A stretch of 64,000 nt of DNA, taken from IMG/VR virus record IMGVR_UViG_3300029258_001513; one strand, written 5' to 3'. The notes under the pieces are model-generated. The model did no database searches. It was not told the origin of the DNA and was given only the letters and a program-made list of their open reading frames with translations. Positions 1 through 8,896 of the stretch are shown here, one piece after another. Source of the stretch: an uncultured virus (IMG/VR IMGVR_UViG_3300029258_001513). Taxonomy: Duplodnaviria; Heunggongvirae; Uroviricota; Caudoviricetes. The position numbers were made by a program, and so were the translations under genes. The stretch's first letter is position 1, and each line of letters starts with the position of its first letter.

Positions 1-134
1 GGGTGTGCGATTACGGTAAGGACATCGAATCCGTGTTCGTGTTTCAGGGACAGACGCCCGAACCAGCGGTCGTGGGCTGACAGTCTGGTGGCGGTTCCCT
101 TGGGAGTGATACTTCCGGGGAGTGAGGAGAGGGT

Positions 135-359
135 GTGATTGCTCGTGGCATGAGGGTATGGGATGCTTGGCGTCATACGAGTGGCAGGGTGACGGACATC
201 GTCAAGCAGACGTATAGTGTACATCCTTTCGCTTCTCACGAGAAGTTGCAGCGGCTTGTGGGGCATGATGGGATTGGTCCGGGTGTTTACGAGTTGACGG
301 TTATCTCTCTTGTTGCTCCTGAAGGGTGTATCTGGATTGGGTGTGAAGAACAAGCGTGA
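135..359 (+). CDS. PxG-tail mini-protein
   Basis: Ends APEGCIWIGCEEQA; GAGGAG RBS upstream. Confidence 0.65.
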   Translation: MIARGMRVWDAWRHTSGRVTDIVKQTYSVHPFASHEKLQRLVGHDGIGPGVYELTVISLVAPEGCIWIGCEEQA

Positions 360-543
360 CTTGTGCCGGAATTGCGGCGAGCCGGTGGAGTTCTCGGGAT
401 TCTCGGGCATGTGGCGTCATGCCGGTCACAAGAAGGGGTATGCTTGTGACTGGCACTTTGATGGCTCCTCCTCTTTTGCGGAGCCGTGTTCGGGGGCGGT
501 GAGGGTGGAAGATGAGCGGATTGAATCAGAACGAGAAGATTGA
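343..543 (+). CDS. Cys-rich mini-protein, variant PxG tail
   Basis: CRNC..WRH..C; EPCSGAVRVEDE; start uncertain. Confidence 0.6.
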   Translation: MKNKRDLCRNCGEPVEFSGFSGMWRHAGHKKGYACDWHFDGSSSFAEPCSGAVRVEDERIESERED

Positions 544-706
544 CCGGATGGAAGGTGTCCTTGACGGTTTGGAATCGGGTGTGACGATACCATACTGCGG
601 GGTCTGTCACAAGCCGTGGATGACGTGTAAGCATGGTCTCGACATGGAGACGGTAACTGTCGTGCCTGCTGGTTGTGCGTTCGTCATGAAGGAGGAACGG
701 GTGTGA
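512..706 (+). CDS. Cys-rich PxG-tail mini-protein
   Basis: CGVC..C.H; ends VPAGCAFVMKEERV. Confidence 0.7.
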   Translation: MSGLNQNEKIDRMEGVLDGLESGVTIPYCGVCHKPWMTCKHGLDMETVTVVPAGCAFVMKEERV

Positions 707-737
707 AAAATCAACGTAAAAAAGCAGAGGAAATGAA

Positions 738-836
738 ATGAGAGACCTTGTGACAGTGGCAATCGTATCTATGGTGGGCGGGTTCTGTCTCGGAGCGTTG
801 CTGACATACATCATCGTGGAACTCGGCATATTATGA
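738..836 (+). CDS. 32-aa single-pass membrane peptide
   Basis: Hand-translated MRDLVTVAIVSMVGGFCLGALLTYIIVELGIL; GAGG upstream; below ORF-track cutoff. Confidence 0.5.
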   Translation: MRDLVTVAIVSMVGGFCLGALLTYIIVELGIL

Positions 837-876
837 CCATCTTCTCAAAGCCGATGATAAAAAGTGAAGGTTTTGC

Positions 877-1074
877 ATGAGGTATCGGGATTGCAGGACG
901 TGTGCGTGGGAGAAGGTCTGTTGGCGGTGGCAGAGCAGTAGGAAGCCGTGTGAGAGTTATGCTCCAAGGGGATGTGTAGCTGTGGAGCCGTTGCATGAAG
1001 AACGATGTGAGATACAGGTGTCGTCAGTGCGGGAGGATTCATCCGTTGGAAGTGAATCACACCAACCCCCATGA
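877..1074 (+). CDS. Cys-rich PxG-tail mini-protein
   Basis: CRTC..C..C; APRGCVAVEPLHEE. Confidence 0.6.
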   Translation: MRYRDCRTCAWEKVCWRWQSSRKPCESYAPRGCVAVEPLHEERCEIQVSSVREDSSVGSESHQPP

Positions 1075-1189
1075 CCGATGGTATCACTGCAACAACCTGA
1101 CGAATTACAGTTTGGTGCCGAAAGGAGCGGTTTTTACTGTCGATGAGCGAGAAGCGGATTATCGGGTGGAATCATTGGCCTGCGGGTGA
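995..1189 (+). CDS. Cys-rich PxG-tail mini-protein
   Basis: CRQCGRIH; VPKGAVFTVDE. Confidence 0.65.
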   Translation: MKNDVRYRCRQCGRIHPLEVNHTNPHDRWYHCNNLTNYSLVPKGAVFTVDEREADYRVESLACG

Positions 1190-1439
1190 ACTCAAGGCTT
1201 GTCCTGATTGCGGTTCGGACAAGTTCTTCGAGGGTCCGTGTGGTGGTATAGCACAGAATGTTGAGTGTGCCGGGTGCGGTCACAAGTTCAACTTGATGGG
1301 TCCGTTCGGCGTTGACCGGATTTCCCATGAGCGTCCTGACCCTGACGGCTTCGCCGTGGTGTATAATGAAGAGCGGGCTATGCCTTTGGTGGGTTCGTTC
1401 TTCAGGCGGCTGACTGAAAGGATGATGAAATCGACATGA
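1143..1439 (+). CDS. Zn-ribbon PxG-tail protein
   Basis: CPDCG..CAGCG; DPDGFAVVYNEE. Confidence 0.7.
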   Translation: MSEKRIIGWNHWPAGELKACPDCGSDKFFEGPCGGIAQNVECAGCGHKFNLMGPFGVDRISHERPDPDGFAVVYNEERAMPLVGSFFRRLTERMMKST

Positions 1440-1675
1440 AAAAAGCTGAAGAAATTGATGCTGGTTTTGATGAACTGAACAAGCGGATTGATTCGTTGTC
1501 GGCAGACATGGAACAGGGGATGGCGAAGATGGGTTTGATGTTGGAGGCGATTCGGATTTCGGTGAATTGTCTTACCGAATACTCCGAGGGTCTGATTGAT
1601 GATGGCGAGCGTGCCCGGAAAACCATGATTCGGGTCATCGACCTCCTGCGGGAAGGGTTCGTAAGCGAGCAATAA
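1436..1675 (+). CDS. hypothetical helical protein
   Basis: ATGA overlap with upstream stop; amphipathic helical composition. Confidence 0.6.
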   Translation: MKKAEEIDAGFDELNKRIDSLSADMEQGMAKMGLMLEAIRISVNCLTEYSEGLIDDGERARKTMIRVIDLLREGFVSEQ

Positions 1676-1705
1676 AAAGCAGAGTTTTGCACAAGGGGTT
1701 ATGGG

Positions 1706-2125
1706 ATGGAATCGAAGGTAGTTTGCGGGAATGCTCGTGACATATTGAGTAAGGGGCGTAGTGGTTTTGTTCATTGCGTAGTGACATCGCCTCCGTATTG
1801 GGGATTGAGGGATTATCATTCGTATCCTCAAGTGTGGGATGGTGAGGATGGGTGTGAGCATGAATGGGGTGAGCGTTTACCTGAGCATCACAAGGGGCAG
1901 GTACCGCAGACGAAGTGGAAGAAAAACGAGTCTGTATCGGATGGACAGAATGCGGGAGCCGGGCAGTTTTGCATGAAGTGTGGAGCTTGGTATGGACAAT
2001 TGGGGTTGGAGCCGACGCCTGATTGCGGTAGACCACTTATGGAAATGCGTCCTGACTTAAGCGAGAAAGACAGGGAGTATGTCTTAGGCGAATTACGCGA
2101 ACTTGGACTGATTGACGAGGCGTGA
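1706..2125 (+). CDS. beta-class N4/N6 DNA methyltransferase, N-terminal half (SPPY, likely N4-cytosine)
   Basis: CVVTSPPYWGLRDY and GQLGLEPTPDC; terminates at TGA 2123-2125. Confidence 0.9.
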   Translation: MESKVVCGNARDILSKGRSGFVHCVVTSPPYWGLRDYHSYPQVWDGEDGCEHEWGERLPEHHKGQVPQTKWKKNESVSDGQNAGAGQFCMKCGAWYGQLGLEPTPDCGRPLMEMRPDLSEKDREYVLGELRELGLIDEA

Positions 2126-2866
2126 TTTATGAGTGCAAACAGTAGAGCCGCAAGTGGGACAGCAGTATTTTTTTCGACATTCCGGGCAGTATTTTCGAGG
2201 ATTGCGAATTTTGAACTCTTTCCCGCATTTTTGACAGACCCTAGAACGACCGCTCCATTCACTCCAGACTGGTTTCTTGCCACCGTGTGCCCTTCTATGG
2301 CAATTCTGACAAAGGGTCAAGCCGTTGTCTGGATCGTAGCGTCCTTCTTCATAATCAGCGTATGCCCTTATATGGTGGACATTCAAGATGACATTCTCAC
2401 CTTCGCCATTTTTTGCCCCACATTGCTGGCATGTATAGTTATCTCGCTTCAAGACGGTATTTACGAATGTTTTATACTCTTGGGATTTGTATCTGGCTTG
2501 TCTTTCTTTGGCACAACCTCCTTTCCACATCGGGTGGTTCTCTCCGACGAGATGTGTGTTTCTAGGAGGTATATTTCCAGCCTGCTTGACGCCTTTACTT
2601 ATTGCGGCTCTATGCTCCTCGGAAAGTTCACGACCAGAGAGGGAATTGGAAATCTTCTTGCGTGTTTTATCGGACAGTTTCCTACCAAGACACCGTTTGT
2701 TGCCCATAGACGCTTGGGATATTTTCTCTCGCACGGAATCCCTTTTGGCGGGGTTGTTGATTTTGTTCCGATGCTTGGTTTTACAGGAATTCGAGCAAAA
2801 TTGAGCACCTCGACCCCTGTAGTGTTTACCACACTGTTCGCAGATTTTTTCATAATACTTAGGCAT
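2093..2866 (-). mobile_element. NUMOD3-like + HNH homing endonuclease gene inserted antisense in the MTase
   Basis: Start MPKYYEKIC at 2866; LSEEHRAAIS, GENHPMWKGG, RDNYTCQQCG..VHHI..NGLTLCQNCH; AT-richer than flanks; only credible minus-strand gene. Confidence 0.9.
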
Positions 2867-2895
2867 GATGATAAGATAGCAAAAGGAAAAGTAGG

Positions 2896-4026
2896 ATGCA
2901 ACCCCAAATGACCATTCCCGAGTATCGAATTCCATCTCATTTGCGAAAGTATTTTCGACACAAAACTTGTGGGTCGTGTTATGTATGTCATTTGGTACGG
3001 GTATTTCGTGGGGTGAAGCGGGTGCTTCGGGATGACGGGGTGTTATGGCTGAACATTGGGGATACTTATTATGGCGGCAAGGGAGCCAGCAATTATGCGT
3101 TTCAGAGGCGTCGAACGAGTTCTTCGGAGCAGAAAGAGTATCACAACATTTTAGCGGGTAAGGGCGAGATGCGACCACAGGATGCCCCTCATCCTTTTCT
3201 CAAGCCTAAAGACCTTGTGGGCATACCTTGGCGGGTATCGTTTGCATTGCAGGCTGATGGCTGGTATCTCAGGAATGCCGTGGTGTGGCATAAACCGAAC
3301 ACGATGCCTCAAAGTGTGAAGGACCGCTTGACGTGTTCTTACGAGCACATTTTTCTGCTGACCAAATCGAAGAAATACTTTTTCGATGCCGAGGCAATCA
3401 TGGAGGATGCCCTTACGAACGTTCCTTGCAAGACATGGAAGGAGAAGGCGTATAACCAGTCGATGTTGAATAAAAAACAACGTCATGGGGTCAAGGGAAG
3501 ACCCTCTGGTGTTGCAGGATACTCTATTCGAGGGAAAAAGAACAAGCGTGATGTATGGACAATCCCCACCAAGCCGGGCCAGTGGGATTTCTGCTACAAC
3601 TGCAAAACAGTCTACGAGGGAAAACAGAGAAGAAAAATCATCAAAAAGGGCAAGCTGAAGGTTTGTCCTGAGTGTGGTTGTATGGACAAGTGGGTTGACC
3701 ATTTCGCCATGTTCCCGCCTGATTTAGTTGAGCCGTGCATATTGGCTGGTACATCGGAGAAGGGGTGTTGTCCGCAATGTGGGGCACCGTGGAGACGGGT
3801 GGTACAGAAGGGTGAGTCTGATTCGGAGCAGAAGTGGGAGCCGTCGTGTTCTTGTGGCGATTCCCTTGACCCCATCCCCTGTACCGTCCTCGACCTCTTC
3901 TGCGGCTCAGCAAATACAGGCGTCGTCGCCACAAAACTCGGAAGAATTTTCATCGGAATTGACATCAAGGATGAGTATGCTTGTCTTTCGAGGGCGAGGT
4001 TGGAGAACATGGGGGCTATGGGATGA
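2896..4026 (+). CDS. beta-class DNA methyltransferase, C-terminal half
   Basis: RVLRDDGVLWLNIGDTY, KPKDLVGIPWRVSFALQADGWYLR, HFAMFPPDLVEPCILAG, VLDLFCGSANTG (SAM-binding). Confidence 0.92.
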   Translation: MQPQMTIPEYRIPSHLRKYFRHKTCGSCYVCHLVRVFRGVKRVLRDDGVLWLNIGDTYYGGKGASNYAFQRRRTSSSEQKEYHNILAGKGEMRPQDAPHPFLKPKDLVGIPWRVSFALQADGWYLRNAVVWHKPNTMPQSVKDRLTCSYEHIFLLTKSKKYFFDAEAIMEDALTNVPCKTWKEKAYNQSMLNKKQRHGVKGRPSGVAGYSIRGKKNKRDVWTIPTKPGQWDFCYNCKTVYEGKQRRKIIKKGKLKVCPECGCMDKWVDHFAMFPPDLVEPCILAGTSEKGCCPQCGAPWRRVVQKGESDSEQKWEPSCSCGDSLDPIPCTVLDLFCGSANTGVVATKLGRIFIGIDIKDEYACLSRARLENMGAMG

Positions 4027-4652
4027 GTGTTCTCGGGGTTTGTCATGGTGGTCCGTTGTTCTGTACGTGGGGGCGTATTGATTTCGGGGGCAGTTTGGGC
4101 AAGTGGGTGATTGCCCGCAAGAGTGATGGTGCGGTGGTATCGCAATTTGTGATGGGCCGGGGTGACATTCTGATTTTCAAGACGCCCCTGAAGGCTGCCC
4201 GGTTCCTTGAAGGGCACGAAAAATGGGTTGGGGAAGGTAAGGCAAAGGCGTTGAGGGGCAAGCCGTGCCTGCTTCGGCTTCACAACGTCCATTACAGCGA
4301 CCACACGCCCCGTGAGGGGGCTTCGAGGCATCGGCTCGGGCAAGGACAAGGGGCGAGGCACTGGCGTTATGTGGGGCGATTCAGGGGGCTTGAGTGTTTC
4401 GACTGGTTTCCGCCGAAAGAGTGGGAGGGAACGACGTACAAATGGTTCGAGTACAACTGGGCGAGGGCTCCGTGGGTCCGTTGGGAGGTTGAAGAACGTG
4501 AATTTGATGAAATGGACCGCATCGAGGGTCGGTTGTGGCATTACGGGAACCGGGAAAACCTGAATCCGACGGCACGAAAGCGGGTTTCCGAGATGGAGAA
4601 ACGTCTGGACGTGTTGCGACGGCGGCGTGAGCAAAGGAAGAAGGGAAAATGA
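4023..4652 (+). CDS. hypothetical protein
   Basis: ATGA-coupled at both ends; 209 aa. Confidence 0.6.
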   Translation: MSVLGVCHGGPLFCTWGRIDFGGSLGKWVIARKSDGAVVSQFVMGRGDILIFKTPLKAARFLEGHEKWVGEGKAKALRGKPCLLRLHNVHYSDHTPREGASRHRLGQGQGARHWRYVGRFRGLECFDWFPPKEWEGTTYKWFEYNWARAPWVRWEVEEREFDEMDRIEGRLWHYGNRENLNPTARKRVSEMEKRLDVLRRRREQRKKGK

Positions 4653-4831
4653 AGCCGGGGCGATGCGAGTTTTGTCGTGGAAGGGGCTGGGTGCGTGATG
4701 ATGTGAATGAAATACGCGGGACCATGCTCAGAAAACCATGCGAGTTTTGTCGTGGCCGGGGATACATTATACCGGAGGGGGTAGTTTTCGTCAGGGATGA
4801 GTGCAGGACCGGTGACATATTGGTGTCGTAA
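4649..4831 (+). CDS. PxG-tail mini-protein with DnaJ-like CxxCxGxG repeats
   Basis: CEFCRGRG twice; IPEGVVFVRDE. Confidence 0.7.
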   Translation: MKPGRCEFCRGRGWVRDDVNEIRGTMLRKPCEFCRGRGYIIPEGVVFVRDECRTGDILVS

Positions 4832-4970
4832 TTGCGGAAGGCGAGTGTTGTTGCCGGTGAATGACGAGTCTCTGGTTTGCCAGTGTCATGTGAAGGTCGC
4901 CGAGTGGAAAACGAATGTGGCCAGTCCGCCAGAAGGCGTGGTTTTTATCAGAGATGAAGTACGGGTGTGA
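4797..4970 (+). CDS. Cys-rich PxG-tail mini-protein (57 aa, not in ORF track)
   Basis: Hand-translated MSAGPVTYWCRNCG..CQC..PPEGVVFIRDEVRV. Confidence 0.7.
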   Translation: MSAGPVTYWCRNCGRRVLLPVNDESLVCQCHVKVAEWKTNVASPPEGVVFIRDEVRV

Positions 4971-5188
4971 AGATAAGCAGGTTGTATCCGGGTACGGTTG
5001 AGTATGTGACTCGGCGGTGCCAGTCGTGTGGGTATGCTGGTCCACCTGTCACGGAGGAAGAGGATGACTACAAGAACAAGTGTCCGGTCTGCAATCAGGT
5101 GATGTGGTCGTGCTTCGTGGACTGTCCAAGGGGCAAGGTGGTGGTGGCGGGCGAGGAGAAGCTCGGGAAGGGTTCAGGGGGCGTGTAA
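4967..5188 (+). CDS. Zn-ribbon PxG-tail mini-protein
   Basis: CQSCG..CPVC; CPRGKVVVAGEE. Confidence 0.7.
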   Translation: MKISRLYPGTVEYVTRRCQSCGYAGPPVTEEEDDYKNKCPVCNQVMWSCFVDCPRGKVVVAGEEKLGKGSGGV

Positions 5189-5261
5189 GAGGCATTATAT
5201 TTCCGGTTATGAGCCAGATAGGCGTATAAGAGGCACTATATTTCCGTTTATGAGCCAGATA
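5180..5261 (+). repeat. tandem 41-bp direct repeat, 2 copies
   Basis: 5180-5220 vs 5221-5261, 38/41 identical. Confidence 0.9.
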
Positions 5262-5597
5262 AGTGACAAGAGTACCATGCGTTGCCGGTCGTGCGGACGA
5301 GGTATGCGGGGTTGTGCCTGTCTCAACAAGAATGTCGTCCGTGTACCAAAGGGCGTGATTTTTTCTGTCGATGGGCATGACGTGACTCCTGCCGCATTTG
5401 AGAAGCGATGCGGCATCTGTGGCAAACTCTGTGAGAAAAAACGCACGGAACGTATCATCCCTCGATGTGATTGTGGGCCTGCGACGGCGAGCACGCAGCG
5501 TGGTCGTGAGGTGAGCAAGGCGGAATGGGTTCGGGCACAGGTGAGGGTGCCTGCCGGGTCTGTGCATGTGATTGAGGAGGCGGTTGATGGGGCCTGA
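5250..5597 (+). CDS. two fused Cys-rich PxG modules
   Basis: VPKGVIFSVD and VPAGSVHVIEE, each after CxxC..CxC. Confidence 0.7.
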   Translation: MSQISDKSTMRCRSCGRGMRGCACLNKNVVRVPKGVIFSVDGHDVTPAAFEKRCGICGKLCEKKRTERIIPRCDCGPATASTQRGREVSKAEWVRAQVRVPAGSVHVIEEAVDGA

Positions 5598-5802
5598 TGA
5601 TTATTGGATGGAGATTGTTGCCCATGCGGCGTGTGGTTGGATACGGTTCACGTGGGTCAAGGAAGGTCATCGTGCTTTGTTCCCGGACGAGGAAATCTGT
5701 CCGGTTTGTAGGGAGAGGGCTGAGCGTCAGTCGTGTGTTGACGGCTTGAGTTTTACTCCGGCTCCGGGCTGTGTGGCAGTTTTCTACGAGGAGCGGGTGT
5801 GA
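5587..5802 (+). CDS. PxG-tail mini-protein
   Basis: HAACG..CPVC; PAPGCVAVFYEERV. Confidence 0.65.
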   Translation: MGPDDYWMEIVAHAACGWIRFTWVKEGHRALFPDEEICPVCRERAERQSCVDGLSFTPAPGCVAVFYEERV

Positions 5803-6020
5803 ATGTCTGGCGTAGATGGCATTGTCGCAGGTGTGGATTCTGGGATGATGCCGAGGCTCCGTTTGTTCCGAGTGGCACGATGAAATCGCTTCTCATGGAG
5901 ATGCAGGGAGCTTCAAAAACCGACAATACTCGGTGCCGGAAATGTGGCGGGACGAGTTGTGCTGCTTTCTTTGTTCATCCGGTTGGTTGTGTTGTTGTGG
6001 ATGAGGAACGGACTGCATGA
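5799..6020 (+). CDS. Zn-ribbon PxG-tail mini-protein (paralog of 6238)
   Basis: WRRWHCRRCGFW..RCRKCG..HPVGCVVVDEE. Confidence 0.75.
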   Translation: MNVWRRWHCRRCGFWDDAEAPFVPSGTMKSLLMEMQGASKTDNTRCRKCGGTSCAAFFVHPVGCVVVDEERTA

Positions 6021-6241
6021 AGTCTCTGGGTGGTGATTGGGTGTGGGTTGTCTGGCGTTGCCTTGAGTGCGACTACATCAATACCGAGACGTATCCACCT
6101 CATCATGTGGAGATGTATGTACGCAAGTTGGCGAAGCCAATTATGGGAGATTGTTACGAGTGTGGCAATCGTAGTTGGACTGTGGAAACGCAAGGCTCGC
6201 CGGAGGGGATACCTGCCACTTGGGACGAGGAACCAGCGTGA
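6017..6241 (+). CDS. Zn-ribbon PxG-tail mini-protein
   Basis: CLEC..CYECG; SPEGIPATWDEE. Confidence 0.7.
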   Translation: MKSLGGDWVWVVWRCLECDYINTETYPPHHVEMYVRKLAKPIMGDCYECGNRSWTVETQGSPEGIPATWDEEPA

Positions 6242-6669
6242 AGTGGTGGCGTAGATGGCATTGTCGTTCATGCGGTTTCTGGAACAACAACGAAATGCCG
6301 ATTCAGAAGGGAAGCCTGTGGACTGCCGTGGTGAGTGACATGCACCAAATCCAGAAAACGACAATGACCCGCTGCCAGAAATGCGGCGAGAAAAACTCTC
6401 GCTTTATCATTCATCCGGTTGGGTGTGTGGTTGTTGACGAGGAAGAACTCGAAAGGTTTTTCTGGTCTGCTGTCAGACATCATGGTGATGATAATATGAC
6501 GGACACGGAGATTGTCTGGGTCTGTGGAAAGTGTGGAGCACCTACTGTTGGCGAAAAGTGGACTTGTCAGGCGTGTGGTGCTGGGGCTGGAGGGGCAACA
6601 GAGGGTGCCGCTTTCCGTTCGCCAAGGGGTATAGTTGTCGTGACGGAGGAAGAAGGGGCAGGAGCATGA
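6238..6669 (+). CDS. two fused Zn-ribbon PxG modules
   Basis: HPVGCVVVDEEE and SPRGIVVVTEEE; GTGA overlap start. Confidence 0.75.
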   Translation: MKWWRRWHCRSCGFWNNNEMPIQKGSLWTAVVSDMHQIQKTTMTRCQKCGEKNSRFIIHPVGCVVVDEEELERFFWSAVRHHGDDNMTDTEIVWVCGKCGAPTVGEKWTCQACGAGAGGATEGAAFRSPRGIVVVTEEEGAGA

Positions 6670-6854
6670 AGTTGGAAAAACAGAAGTCGTTGTTTGACCG
6701 TTACCGTTGCAAGCGGTGCGGAGCTTTGAGTTTTGTGAATACCCACACTGCGAATGCCATCCGTGGATGTTTTCATCACTGGCAGATATGCTGGATATTC
6801 TTGGGACCGGTTCCCTTGGGTTCAGTTTTCGCTTGGCATGAAGAAGCCGTCTGA
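6666..6854 (+). CDS. PxG-tail mini-protein
   Basis: CKRCG; VPLGSVFAWHEE. Confidence 0.65.
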   Translation: MKLEKQKSLFDRYRCKRCGALSFVNTHTANAIRGCFHHWQICWIFLGPVPLGSVFAWHEEAV

Positions 6855-7056
6855 AAAACGCTGTGGGTTTTGTGGTCTCATTGTTGTACCCATGACGGGT
6901 ATGACAATAGACGACCTTTTTGACCCACGGTGTGAATGTCGGGAGGCTCTCAGGATGGATGGAGAAATCTTGCAGAACGCCCAGACGGACTGTCCGGTGG
7001 GTTCGGTTATGGTGGTCGATGAAAAACAGTGTGGATATTGCGGGTCGGGTTCGTAG
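6838..7056 (+). CDS. PxG-tail mini-protein
   Basis: RCGFCG..CEC; CPVGSVMVVDE. Confidence 0.65.
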   Translation: MKKPSEKRCGFCGLIVVPMTGMTIDDLFDPRCECREALRMDGEILQNAQTDCPVGSVMVVDEKQCGYCGSGS

Positions 7057-7231
7057 TTATTGTAGGAATTGCGGTCGGCTGATTGCGAACTCGGCATTTG
7101 GGTGGTCTCATTTCGGCGGTCATTTTCGCTGTGCCGTGGTTGACCTTCCTCTTGATTCCCTTCTTGATACCAAGCACGCCGAGCCGATTCCTTCGGGTGT
7201 GGTTTTCATTCATCAGGAGCACGAGATATGA
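7031..7231 (+). CDS. PxG-tail mini-protein
   Basis: CRNCG..WSH..C; IPSGVVFIHQE. Confidence 0.65.
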   Translation: MDIAGRVRSYCRNCGRLIANSAFGWSHFGGHFRCAVVDLPLDSLLDTKHAEPIPSGVVFIHQEHEI

Positions 7232-7440
7232 GGCGTCGTGCTGTGAGGCTTCGGTGTCGGCATTGTGCCAAGTTGATTTTGGGCTCGTCGATTCTTGGCA
7301 GTTGTCGGTGTGTCAATGCCGACTTCACTGTTTTGCCGTCTCCGGGAGAATCTTCTCGAACAGCTTGCCCGGAGGGTATAATCATGGTGGTGAAAGAGGA
7401 ACGAGGTGATGTGGGCGAGCGAGACGCCGAGGGATTGTGA
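7228..7440 (+). CDS. PxG-tail mini-protein
   Basis: CRHC..CRC; CPEGIIMVVKEE. Confidence 0.65.
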   Translation: MRRRAVRLRCRHCAKLILGSSILGSCRCVNADFTVLPSPGESSRTACPEGIIMVVKEERGDVGERDAEGL

Positions 7441-7804
7441 GGACTGTGCCTTGTGGGTGGTGGGCAAGTGTGAGCCGCCCATGATGCGTGTGGAGCCTTG
7501 TATGGGGTACGTGCCGGTAGGGGCTGTCGTGGTAAGGGAAGAGCGGGTTCAACGTCACAGGGGCGATTCTGGCGGTCCCTGTAGGCATTGTGGGATGCCT
7601 ACCCGGTGGAGTCTTGCTGGTGGTGGACGGTGGACTCATTTGAGGTCGTCCGAAGGGGGATGGCAGCGTTGGTGTAAAGCGAAAAGGACAGTTGCCAAGT
7701 CTTTGCCGCCCGGCGTAGTTTTCATATTCGGGGAGGAACGGGATGACGGAGCGGGAGAAAATCACGAAAATTGCGAAGCGGTGGTTGTACCCATTTCCGT
7801 GTGA
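7406..7804 (+). CDS. two fused PxG modules
   Basis: VPVGAVVVREE and LPPGVVFIFGEE. Confidence 0.7.
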   Translation: MMWASETPRDCEDCALWVVGKCEPPMMRVEPCMGYVPVGAVVVREERVQRHRGDSGGPCRHCGMPTRWSLAGGGRWTHLRSSEGGWQRWCKAKRTVAKSLPPGVVFIFGEERDDGAGENHENCEAVVVPISV

Positions 7805-8132
7805 CGGGTGTAGCCGGGTCGTCAAGCAGTTGGAAGAGAAGTTCGGACCCGTGACTGAAGGACGGTGGCCGAAGTATGTTATCTTGGCTGATGGCGTGAC
7901 ATACCGGATTATAGACACATTCTGGTATTCCATTCGTACACAAGATGATTGGATTCGGGAGTGGAACCCGTATGAGAAGCCCGAAGATGCCTTGGAATTG
8001 ATGGCGGCTATGCAGCCGGTTATTGTGAAGTACGAGGAAGGTGTCTGGTATGCCGAGTCTCACGGCGAACATTGTATCGGGGATAGATTTGAGTTGGCCG
8101 TGACCGGGGTCGCATTGGCGTTGGCTCGATGA
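7743..8132 (+). CDS. hypothetical protein
   Basis: GGAGGA RBS; WNPY..DALEL segment. Confidence 0.65.
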   Translation: MTEREKITKIAKRWLYPFPCDGCSRVVKQLEEKFGPVTEGRWPKYVILADGVTYRIIDTFWYSIRTQDDWIREWNPYEKPEDALELMAAMQPVIVKYEEGVWYAESHGEHCIGDRFELAVTGVALALAR

Positions 8133-8362
8133 CGTTCAAAATCAAGGAGGGTTGGGAACATCGTTGTGGCTTTTGCGGCTGTGAAATTGACGGCGATGAA
8201 AACCCTTGTTGTTGCACCTGTCCATTCGGGAGCGACCCATATCCGATTGGCTGGTTGGTGAAGCACGACAAAGCCTCAGTGTTTTCGCCGGAAGGTTGTA
8301 TTGTGCCCGGCAGTGAAGAGCTTGATGTGGAATGGCTGCCGAAAAATGACAAGCAGGCTTGA
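8129..8362 (+). CDS. PxG-tail mini-protein
   Basis: RCGFCG..CTC; SPEGCIVPGSEE. Confidence 0.65.
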   Translation: MTFKIKEGWEHRCGFCGCEIDGDENPCCCTCPFGSDPYPIGWLVKHDKASVFSPEGCIVPGSEELDVEWLPKNDKQA

Positions 8363-8573
8363 GCATAGGTTGTTGCGGCATGGGACGTTCAATGGTCCTG
8401 TTGACCCTGCGATGATTGCTTTTGCTCAGCGACAATATGCCATGGCTCTCAAGAGGACCAAGCACGAGCGTCGGAAGGATGGGCGGGAGGACTGGATACC
8501 GTTTGCCCGGAAAAACTTCCTTGCGGAATGTCCGGTCGGGTGTGTCAAGCCGTTCAATGAGGAAGTTATGTGA
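8346..8573 (+). CDS. PxG-tail mini-protein without Zn ribbon
   Basis: Ends CPVGCVKPFNEEVM. Confidence 0.6.
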   Translation: MTSRLEHRLLRHGTFNGPVDPAMIAFAQRQYAMALKRTKHERRKDGREDWIPFARKNFLAECPVGCVKPFNEEVM

Positions 8574-8896
8574 CGACAGCCCGGTGTGGTATTTGTGCCA
8601 AGCGGATTGTTCCGTGGAATAGCGAACACTGGCGAGATATGGACGAGTGTGGTTGTCAGGCTGGTCCGAAAGGCAGACTACTCAAGACGTTTTTTGAGTG
8701 GGATGAAATGCGTACTGAGTGTCCTGACGGTGCTGTTATGGTGGTTCGGGAGCAATTGTTGGCTCGTGCCCCGAGCAAGATTGGCTATTGTGAGTCGTGT
8801 CGGATGCCATGGGAGACGTGTTATTGTGCAGCCCATTCCGTGACGTGGGTTCCGGTGAATAGTGTTGCCGTTTTCTGTGAGGAAGTGGTTCCGTGA
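8570..8896 (+). CDS. two fused PxG modules
   Basis: CPDGAVMVVRE and VPVNSVAVFCEE. Confidence 0.7.
   Translation: MTTARCGICAKRIVPWNSEHWRDMDECGCQAGPKGRLLKTFFEWDEMRTECPDGAVMVVREQLLARAPSKIGYCESCRMPWETCYCAAHSVTWVPVNSVAVFCEEVVP

Noticed and set aside
2126..2895. Group I/II intron as explanation of the MTase split
   Set aside because: The interval is almost fully occupied by the antisense HNH ORF, leaving no room for a recognisable ribozyme core; not tested with covariance models
2129..2911. 260-aa + strand ORF in frame with the MTase N-half
   Set aside because: Antisense shadow of the HNH gene; no MTase motifs, and it does not join the frame of the C-half
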